A stretch of 64,000 nucleotides of DNA from Kudoa neothunni (Eukaryota > Animalia > Cnidaria): assembly GCA_964304625.1 (NCBI GenBank), contig OZ199838.1, forward strand, positions 3,436,440 to 3,500,439, read 5' to 3'. Below the pieces are notes generated by a model that saw only the letters and a list, made by a program, of their open reading frames with translations, was not told the DNA's origin and made no database searches. Within the stretch, counting starts at the first letter, position 1; each line of letters starts with the position of its first letter. A program made the position numbers and the translations under genes. Below, in pieces: positions 51,979 to 62,949 of the stretch.

Positions 51979-53960
51979 AGGTAACTGGTTTCACGCATTT
52001 CTTCGGGGACCGGGAAAAAATTCGTAAAACTCGCCATGCCCGTTTCTACATACTTTATGCGCGCGCATGGCAATTTATATTCCAGTGCTACTTATTCATT
52101 CAAAAAATTCTTTATTATTCAATACCGGAATATTGATTTAATATGTTAAAAATGAATAATCGATTAAATTATATACGAGAATAATAGATTGTTATTTTAG
52201 TTAGTTTCATATTGTTTGAAAGAATGTTTTGTATCGACTCTTCTGCTGCATTAAAAATAATATTTGGATTATTATCATACACCTTAGAAACGATTTTAAT
52301 TCTCTCAAATATTCTAAAGCAGTTTTTCATGTAATAATTTTGTTTCTAAGGAATTCTTTACTGTTTGTTCCACCCATGTCAGATTGTGATTGTTCTGGGC
52401 CATCAGCGTTAAAATTTTAAATATTTAACTAAAAAAAAAGTGTTAAATATCTTAATGGTGTGTAGTATTTGATCACTTCGGTTATTTCATTCGCGATCAA
52501 ATCATCAGCAACTTTTTCACTATTTTCGACCAATAAATCCGCCTGAGTTGAGAGAGAGAGAGAGCTTAACGAGGAAAATACTGATTTTAAGAAATAATTT
52601 GTGATTGTATCTTTAGAAACGCTCTCCCAGGCAGTTTTAATTAAGCCCACTGCTTTTAAAATGTTCGGAGGGGTTAGCTCTACTCCCATTGCAGCACAAG
52701 AAATTAATCGTTCTATCATCGACTTTTTGTAGCATGATTTAAAGGAATGGATGACGCCCTGATCTAGCGGCTGCGAAACGCTAGTGGTGTTTTGGGGCAA
52801 AAATATTAATTTTACGTTGGAAAAATCTTTTTGAAAATGGGAGATCGAGTTGTCTAAAAAAATTAAAACTTTGTTGTCTTTTTTAATAAATTTATCAATA
52901 ATTTTTTAAATGTATCTCAAAAAACTATCTCGAGTCATCCAAACCTTTTTGTTGGACTCGAATAAAAGCGGAAACTTCTTAATATTCTTGAAGTAACGTG
53001 ATTTTTATTCGGTCCGATTACCAATGGATCTAACTTTTCTCCGCTTAACGAAACTCCTAATAAAATAGTCAAACGTTTTTTTGATTTTTTAGTCCCTCTT
53101 GTATTGTTCTCGGATGAATGTACATAACTGTTACCTTAAAAACTATTACAAAATAAATTGAGAAGTATTTACCACGCTGTTGTTGATATAGAAAACCCGT
53201 CTTATCATTGTTGTAGATGCAATCCTCTGAATATCCATCATAAAGCGCTCCACTTTTACACATCCATTCTACTGTAGTTTCGGGACCAACGTCGCCAGAT
53301 CCGCCGTGATAATTAATCTTTTTAATATTATATCTTTTTTTAAAGCAACGAAACCATCCATGCGTTGCAGTTGATGGCAAATTTTTACGATTAGCAAACT
53401 CATTTCTTTTATCTATGATATTCGCGGCGCTTAACTCGATCTTTTTGCTTCTTGTGAGACAAATCCAATCGTACACCTCTTGATCGATATCATTATTCAA
53501 ATATTTTCTGTTTTTAAAAAGTAGATATCCTTCATAAATTTTCAAAATGTTTTCTCTCATTTTTAAAATTTCTTTGAGAGTCGTAATTGAGGATAATTTA
53601 AAATGTTTGGTGGTAACGGCTTTCGCACTTTTGGGCAGTAAACTATCATAATATTTAATTGTATTATATGTTTATGTTAAAGTTCGAATTCATTATGCTT
53701 TTCTGGCCATTAAAATAAAAAACAAAAAAATTATCAACAAACTCAGCTCCAAATAAGTGCATGAAACGGTCAATCACGTGTCAGTTATGTACGTTATTTT
53801 CCAACTTTGCAACTTTATTTTTCAATAAAAACCGAAAAAATTGTTTATAACAAATTATTATTGAATCAATATTTCATCACTTAGTGAAAATAAGGTTTTA
53901 AAAAGTGCGTGAAACCAGTTACCTACCTACCTACCTACCTACCTACATACCTACCTACTG
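51979..53960 (-). mobile_element. pogo/Tigger DNA transposon with disrupted transposase
   Basis: TIR core AGGTAACTGGTTTCACGCA at 51979, with its reverse complement ending at 53924. Transposase remnants include a CENP-B-type HTH (ATHGWFRCFKKRYNI), IYNNDKTGFLY, KKRLTILLGVSLSGEKLDPLVIG, VWMTR and PQNTTSVSQPLDQGVIHSFKSCYKK. Frameshifts and stops are present. Confidence 0.92.
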
Positions 53961-55412
53961 TATTCGTGAGTTTTAATACGAATATTATTAATAATTATTA
54001 TAATTTAAATAAGAAACAGATTAGTACATGGAATTGAAGAGAATTGGATGATACTAAATTTAACCAAAAGAATGTTTCTAATTGTTTAGTTAATTTCACA
54101 ACGTGGGTCAAATTAAAATTTACTCACGAAAATCTAAAAATTAAATCATTTATTCGCATTATTACAGTTGTAAGTTGCTAAACCCTTTAATGGATATGGG
54201 GCAGAAAATTATCACAATGAGATTTCGTTTATCCAACAGTTCATTATTTACAATTTCAAACTTTCAATTACTACTTGAATTCCTTTAAAATAATATTATT
54301 TACAATTTAAAATAAAATAAAAATTTGTAACTACGATATTGGAGGAAATATACATTTTTCTTTTGTAAAATTAAAGAAGAAATAATCTGTACTAGTGTTT
54401 AAATTATTCCAATATTAATTAGAATTCTTGTAATTAAAAAAAAGTCGTTTTCATGTGTTGATTTTTAAGTGGAAGGAGCAAAAATAAAACCCATTGCATT
54501 TTAACGTAATTTTTGTGCATGTATACTTGAGTTAAACCGATTAAATATAAATTTTGTAATTATTGATTTTAATTAGTAATTATTAAAACAGGATTTTTAA
54601 TCCCCGGAGAAAAAAGGTACGCTTAAATGTTATTTTTTAAATGACCGAATAGAGGGCCTATAGTTAAAGGTGTTAATCCGTTGGGTAGTGTTAGAAATCA
54701 ATTCTTAAATTACATTAAATAACTTTAGTCACCATAATAGTTCATCATATTTACTGATTCGATTTCATTTAATTTTTTAACCAATATAAAAATCAATTAA
54801 TAAATTTTTAATGCTTTACGAATAATTGTGTAAGTATTTTTTAAAATTTAAAAATATTGCGTTTAGAATCTCACTATAAATATAATTGATTAAATTCATA
54901 CAATGGAGAGGTCAATAATTAATTTCAGAACATTGAAAGAAAATATGTCACATAATAACAATTCTCTGGTCCTAATTTAAAATTATTCTAATTTATGAGG
55001 GTATTGATCTAAATAGCAGAAACTTGGATTGCAGATTCATGATTTTCATAACCTTTATTAACTCATTTGAATGGAATAGAATTTCAAAAATCCATTGGGA
55101 ATTTAACAAAAAACATCCGGAGAAAGTTGTGAAAGCTTCCTTTTCACTATTTGTTAGGTTATCGAGGTAGGCTCGATTTTGGCAGAACAAGTTTTAAGTA
55201 CAAATCATACCCAATAAACCCCTAGACGCATTAATTTAGTCCTCTTTTAGCGCACATATTTGATCGGATTCTACTAAGTCAACGACAGAAAACATAAAAG
55301 TGAGTGAGGCATTACAAATGCTGTTTTAACACATTGCGATAGGTTTTTCATAATCCCACTATCACCATCTGGCTTGAGTAAGGAGGATTTTTTTTCTTAC
55401 CTCATAAATCAA

Positions 55413-58400
55413 ATGAGTTCGCACAAAAAATTACTTTTCCGATGGATATGCGATTTAAATATTTTGGACGTCGAGCTAATGAACACTCAAATGCATATAT
55501 CGGCAATAGATGGTGTGAGACAGATGGATGAAGAACAACTTGATGCGATTCTCATACAATTATTAGCGAATGGATCTGTGGTTTGTTGCATCTTAAATAG
55601 ACTACATCCACAACCAATTATTGATAAAATATTTAATACAATATCAAAGTTGGATTCTGTGAAAAACTTTGAGGTGTTTTTTCGCATATGCCACACACAT
55701 TTTGGCATCGAAGACAAGGAGTATTTGTCGGAAGGAGGGTCGCTCTTTGAACATTTCTATCTGGATAATATGGCTGATGTCTTGATGCAAATTAGAAACA
55801 AATGCAGTGCTATTAACTCGCCAAATTGTTATATGTAATTTTTGTATCCATTTATTTTGGTTAATAATATTGATAACAACTTGTATCTCAATAGAGTAAC
55901 TCAAAATAATTGCTCAATTAGAAAACCAATAAACACTCAAAAAAGCCACGATTTGTTCCAGCAAGAAATAACATTCTGCCCTCCGCTGACTGCGTTAACC
56001 GACCAATGCTTGAATCAAATTATATATGAAAGACTTATCCAACCAATAAATGGAGGAAATCTTCTCCACATTCTTCATGAGATATTCACAACCGAAAAAA
56101 GCTACTTAGATGCACTAACATTACTCACGAATGTAACGCTTTGTGGTTTTATTAATTGGAAGTCAGTTGGGGTAGGTTGAATGTGGATTGAAAGATGTTA
56201 TTGATGAAGAATCTCGAACTATCATCTTCAAATATATAAAAGTTCTCTCTTGATATCTTCGGCTTCAATTAAATAATAATTAGAGTTTACATTCTATTCA
56301 CAACAAAATATTCCATTTATTTCGAGACGAAGTTAGAAAAACCATCCCCAGTTACAGTCGAGCCATTTTGACTTATGTACTTAATGATTTAATTTGAAAA
56401 TCATAATTTCAACGAGGAATAAAATTATAATATGTTATTTGAGTATTTTTAATGTTTAAAACTTTTTTATATATAGTCCGAAGAATTTGTTATCTACGCT
56501 GAATACTGTATTAACCTGAATCAATCAAGAAATCAGGTATTCTTTTTATTTATTTATTTATTTAATTCATGAAATAAATTATATATAACTATAGATCAAT
56601 AAGTTAAGTCAAAATAAAGTGTTTAATGAAACCATTCAAGTATCAAATTAATTCTCATCAAATAACATTAATGAATAGTACCATCTGAGGAGATTGAGCG
56701 ATTCGAAAGTTGATTTAAAGTCGTATATAACATTACCGTTTCAACGAATTTTCCATTATAAATTGCTTTTCAATGTATAAACAATATGTAGTGGAAAAAA
56801 TATTACGATTAATTTTACTAAAGAGACTAAAGAATGCAATTGACGGTGACCTTATTAAAGAGAGTCAAATTAAAGAAATTCAGCAGGTCAATGAATTTTT
56901 AGAAGTAAACTTAACGTTATGACTTACTTATTGTTACATATTTTATGTAGGATTTGACAGAATTTATAAACGAAGTAAAAAAAGACTCAGAGAGCACAGA
57001 AAAATTGATTCTTCTTTCGCATATCGATCCATTAATCAGCGATTGGAACCAAACTCTTGATTATGGACGATTTTTATTTGATAGTAAAGTTTGGATACAG
57101 TTCTCAACTGATAGAATTAATATGTAATTCTAAATGTGGATTCTGATTTTTGTAATAACTTTTATGAAGAATTCCCTGCCACATATTCCTATTCGATATG
57201 ATCCTCAAAGTTTGTAAACTTAACCAAAATAGAAACTACTTTAACTTTGATATCAATATTCAGTCTTACGATTTTACTAAAATCATTGAGAATGTAATTA
57301 TTATTTTAATAATATTTGGTAATCGTTTGAGACATTCAGGATAACTCCTACATTTGGAATATCACCTCTAAAACTGACTCAAGTATTATCAGTAATGAAA
57401 TTTAATTTAATTTATTTTAATTAGGCAAACCATCATTTAAGATTATTTTTGAAAATTTTGAATCTCATTTCAGTTGGAACGATCATATTGAGAATATTAT
57501 GTAATCGCTAGATAATAGTGAGGAACGATTGATAATTTCTGCTGCAAATATAGGAATCGTGAACTTAAGCTTTCCAATTATAGTATGATTATTATGATGA
57601 GTAGATAAAATTATTTGTACAAGGTAACCATAATCTTCGACTTTCACACTTTAAACTGGGAACCAGATGTGCGTTTTGTAAAAAGTTATTAAAGTAAATG
57701 ACTTTTTTTGTCTTGTTTGATATTTATAATGGGGAATTGCAACTATAGAGGACTGTACAATCAAGGTTTTCATTGTGAAAGTAGTTTCGAAATAAAATAT
57801 TTAATCATGTGAATTAGAATGTGAAATTATAATGGATGAAAATTGCATTGATTTGCTTGTGGATAAATGTCCTATTTATGAATTTCCCCCGAGCTATACT
57901 CAATCATTAGATGAGACATTGATCTCAGGAATAAACTCTATGAAAATATCAAAGTATCTCTATAGTTATGAACATTTTCATGAATATGCTAAATTCAACC
58001 TTTTGTGACGTAATAATAGTGATTCAGGGATTACAAAGCAACATTGGTATTTTTATGTGTATTTGGAGTTATACAATATGTGAAGGTTCATGGATTCTCT
58101 CGATAAAGACACCGCCAAACAACTACTTATGAACTGCCCTGACGGATCCTTTTTAGTGAGGAATTCTACAGTTTTGAACGCCAAATCACCTTTTGTGCTT
58201 GTTTATGTGTATGTAAAATAGATATTCGTTAGTTCTATCTGTAAGTAGACACGAACAACACGTCAAACAGGTCAAAATTTCCTTTGATGGAATTTATTAT
58301 TTTTTGTCCCCTCTAAAACGTTTCAGATCCATAAATGTAAGGGTGTGAATGGTTGTCTATTATTAATTTAATTTTATTGATCTCAAGGACCTAATAAGTT

Positions 58401-59492
58401 TTTATAGCAAAAATTCCTTGGTTTCTGCTGTACCTAGCAGCGATATAGTACTAAATACACCCTTGTCTGCTGGTAATTAAATTAGTAGATAATAATTATT
58501 TTCAATAATGTTGTTATAGATAATTCAAATTCTTCTCCTTTATATATATCTCGAATAGATTCGTTTAATGAAGCAGCTTCTAAGGAGAATTCTATACCCC
58601 AAGCTCTCAATATAGAACCATACAACCAAAAGTTCTAAATATACTAGTGAAAATTTTTAAAAAATTTTAGTCTAAGAAGTTTATTTGCAAACGCTATGAA
58701 ATTAAACGAAAAATATCTAGATCCACATTGGTATACTGCTGATATTATATATCATCATAAAATAATATTTATTTCAAATTTAGGTATTTAGAAGGCTGTG
58801 ATGAAGAAGTCGCAGCAAAAATTTTACAGAACAAACCTGAAGGAACTTATCTGATTGGAAATCTATTTATAAATCCCCAAATTGTTCCTTTCAAATTATT
58901 CTATGTGTAAAAATAAAGAATAGTCATTAAAAATTAAATAAACTTAGGGATAATCATCAAGTCAAATCGTTAAATATATATTTCGATGAAGACCAATTTT
59001 ATTTAGTCACCTTCAATTCGTTCAACAATCTCAAAGTATATTTTAGTCTTTTCCTATTAAAAAAATAGCTTCTAGATATTGATCAATTATTACACTCATG
59101 TATCTCTAAACGAAGTCACCAACGATAGTGACCTTACTCTTACACAGCCAGGACTTGGATGTATTGTGTAATTTCTAGGGAAGATTTATAACTTTAAATA
59201 GTTTTATATGAAATTTACGCTTTGGCTGATCGTCACGCGTCACAAAGCACAGATATTCCTTTCAAAGTATTAAATACTTTTGTTAATGCATGGTTCGTAT
59301 ATTGCGGGAAACGCTTTTGTTCCAATAGAGAGGAGAAAAGTTTTACGTGTGCAACGAAATCGGAAATCGTCTGCTTGTTAAATCACAAGAAAATAACGTA
59401 GGTTTATTTCCAATATGTTTTTGGGTTGTATGTTTTTTTAGTTTGGATTTGTACATCGGAGATTCTTTCGAACACCTTTCGATTTTTTATGA
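55413..59492 (+). CDS. VAV: Vav-family Rho/Rac GEF: CH-DH-PH-C1-SH2-SH2-SH3, multi-exon
   Basis: CH (LANGSVVCCILNRLHP..KNFEVFFRICHTHFGI), DH (LHEIFTTEKSYLDAL; LPFQRIFHYKLLF; FINEVKKDSE), PH (DYGRFLFD), C1 (H..CAFCKK..QGFHCE), two SH2 and a degenerate SH3 ending PFDFL*. Extra upstream exons near 54903 are possible. Confidence 0.88.
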
Positions 59493-61949
59493 AACATTAA
59501 AACCTTTTATATTTTTTGACATGTGATTTTTTCTAAGAATAGAAAAAATATATTCTTTAAATTATTTAGGCTCTATTTGTATTTTAAAATAAACAAAAAA
59601 TAAAAAACATTTTGATTTAAATCGGTATTATTAATCTAACGATTTAAATATATTTCCCACATAAATTAATTCCAATATTGATTATAAAAAAGCAAATTGT
59701 TCATCTTTTATAGTATTTATTATCTGAAAGGGACGAGTTAAATGTCCTGAGTACAGCTCTTCTCAATTAGCTTCTCAATTAGAGGAGTGATTAGCTTCCT
59801 TGGCCAAATACTTAGAAAATTTTCAATACCAGCTTAGTTCTATTTGTTTTTTGAGCATTATAACCACATTAAATATCAAGATATATTTTTTGTGCATCTG
59901 TGAATAATTGACAATTAATTTGTTACTAAAAAAACCAATATTCAAATTATAGATTTTTCTGTTTACATACAAAATATAAGGTTTGAAACACGAGAAATAA
60001 CACCCCATAATCATCCATTAGCCCTCGGAATTAAATGAGGTCCTGTTGGCACCATTTTATTCATTTTATTATTTTATAACTATTAGATCAAAATATTATA
60101 ATTTTTAAATCTGCATTTTCGAGCTTGTAAAATTCCTCATTTCTCAAGTGAGTATGGGTTATTTTGTTGAGTACAGATGAAAACGTTTATATTATTGACA
60201 ATGAGGTAATAATACTTGTATAACTAAAAGAAAATAATGAATATAACCAAATAAGATAAAATGTTGGTAGATCAGGATGATTCAAATACCAATAAAACAT
60301 ATTAGATGAATTTTGATAAACTAAAGAAAACCAATACACTCACGGAAAATATGATGAATATCCCCCAGGACTTGACGGTTAATGCAACTCAAAGCGTTAA
60401 TAAAATAAAATATTTATTTCCCCATTGTTTGATTTGATACCCAATTTAAATATTAGCAAAACTGATATATGGTGGTATAATTTTTTTATTTGATATCCAA
60501 ATATATTATTAATTTTTAAAAATAACTTTGGATATGCACGTCAATTTTCCTATTATTTTGTTGTAAAATATGTTAAATTTTTTGTATTTTCTATCTAATT
60601 TTAACCTACGTAAAAACAAAAATAAATAGAAAATATTTTTAAAGACATAACTGCTACTCTAGAAAACAATAATGTAGGAAATTTTATAATGGAATTTATA
60701 AAATAATAATGTAACTGTGGGGCGCATTTAGCCCAAGTTTGTCCTTCAAGAGTTAACAGTATCCAGAAAAATTACTTCGGATTCATAATTAGAGGTTATT
60801 TCTGTAATAAGCTTTTATATTTTTTCCTAATGAATTGAAAATACTTGGTATAAATTTACAATAGTAAATTACTTCATTTCCCCCTAAATTGACTATTTCT
60901 AACATATCCCATTTATATTAGATATATCCATCAAATAAACAAATTAAAGTATTTATTAACATAAAAATAAATAATGTTGTCTAATTTGTTACATTTCAGG
61001 TAATATTATGTTAGATAATCAAATCTGCCAATAAATGAGTCAATTTTTTAAAATAAATATTATTCACATTAACGAGCGTGCAGGAAAATCATTTCATGTA
61101 TAATAAATGAGGGAGTTGTTTAGATAATTGTTATAATTAATACAATGAAAATATTGAAAATTCAAAAATGAAATAAATATCTAGGATTTCCAAATTTACA
61201 ATGTTTTACTTTTCATATACCTCGTCTAATAACTTGTGTAAGATTTTGATTTTTATAAAAGTGAATAAATAACTTTTTGCAAACAGCAGGTTCAAATGGA
61301 CCCTGTAGTTCAGTAATGTAATATATTTGTGTGTACGTGCTAGTGTTAATAGAGGTTTGAGACTGACTTTAATTTGCAAATCATTTACCAAATACAACAC
61401 TTACAAATGAAACATATTAATTCGCGCAACCCTCTGAATAAAACTAGGAATCCGGTTGCATCACATTTAGTAATGAGCGAATATTTTGACCACATTTACT
61501 ACTACCCAATGAAAACTTCTGGCGGAGGTAGGGTGACATAAAAATCAGGGAATCGAAATCGTGACATTCAGAATTACGATCAAACAAATGTTCACGCTTA
61601 TCACCCCTCCGTCAATGCTGAAAACTGTCACGCGTCCACCAATAGACACGACGGTGATTCGCGTAGTAAGACTCACATCTAGCCTACCGCATTTCCACTA
61701 AAATAAGACCTACTACCACATTAATGTTGTCTTTGAGAAATTTCTATAAATTAGATTTTATTTAATTAAACTCAAACAATTTCACTAGGTCCTACATTCT
61801 ACGTAAATCATATTTTCGACGAAAACCTACATCCACTTTGTACTTTGTATACACAAAAAAGAAAAATTAAATAAATTTTTTCATAATTTTAAGCAAAATA
61901 AAAAAATATCGGAATGATTCCATCGAAAATTATATCTTTATAAGAAAGT

Positions 61950-62846
61950 TCAAATTTTATCTTGAAGCCGTATAATATTCGGCAATTGTTCACAATTAGC
62001 AGTATTCACAATATTTGGGGATTTTTCGTCACAGTATGTATTGAGGTTAAGGAACCAGTCCCTAACAATTTGATAATCCACAAAAAGTTTAAACCACGGG
62101 GTTAAAGTTTCTTTGTCATTTTGGCATATTTTTAAAAGTTGGTCATACGAGACATAAAAGGCCTCATCAACCTCCGCTTCATTGGTAGTGAAACTGACTT
62201 TTTTCTTCACCAGAAAACAATAATCAATTTCATTCTCACCAAAGGTATCATCATAGATAGCCGAATAATGATATCTACCAACAAGATGCAGATCGTCAGG
62301 TGAGAGCTAAAATCAACAACTCATTATTCAAATAGCTAATAACATTAATCCGTGAAAGTGACAAAAAATCACTTCGGACGAAGGTATTCCAAGTTCGAAA
62401 CTGAGTCGTCGGATAGCAGCTCTTTTAGCACCAACACCATGGGCTGTTTCCATTTCCATGTGGCTGTTCGCCCTCGGATGACTACAGCATGTGTTGCTTA
62501 AATACAACGGGAATAAATTCTTGAATTTGGAGCGTCGCTGTACCAACATCTCGCCATTCTCATTAAATAACATCACACTGAAGGCACGGTGTAGTTTAGT
62601 GTTGTTGTTGGCGTCCAACAAATGGCAACTCACTTTAGTATCATGTCCAATCACGTTGTCATCATTATCCACAATAGCACACATCTCATTTTGTTGGGCC
62701 ATTTGTACTAATGTGCACATTTGATCATCTTGGTTTGTTTCTGAATTAAGATGGGCTGTAGGTACCTTTGACGACATCAATCTCAAAATCTGTATGTAAG
62801 TTGGTTTTAACGAAACCGAAACAAGTCGATTAAATAATAATGACAT
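61950..62846 (-). CDS. IDI1: Isopentenyl-diphosphate delta-isomerase type 1, two exons
   Basis: LHRAFSVMLFN..NTCCSHP..GAKRAAIRRLSFELGI, then an intron at ~62308-62371, then FGENEIDYCFLV..LTPWFKL. Confidence 0.95.
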
Positions 62847-62926
62847 TTGATGATACGATAGAGATTATTACATATACAATAGAAATTGGTTGGTGTGCTG
62901 TGTTAAATATTGGGCATATTGCCCGG

Positions 62927-62937
62927 ACGCATGCGCA
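62927..62937. promoter_or_regulatory. NRF1/EWG-like palindromic motif in the IDI1-SF3B1 bidirectional promoter
   Basis: ACGCATGCGCA lies in the 103-nt gap between the divergent start codons at 62846 and 62950. Confidence 0.55.
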
Positions 62938-62949
62938 AATAATTTAGTT

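Noticed and set aside
59157-59172. CaaX prenylation signal at an apparent Vav terminus (GCIV*)
   Set aside because: The Cys is at -3 rather than -4, and the gene most likely splices on to SH3 exons.
61420-61730. RNase P, RNase MRP, telomerase or 7SK RNA
   Set aside because: I could not find paired CR-I/CR-V motifs, a CTAACCCTAA-type template, or 7SK terminal motifs on one strand.
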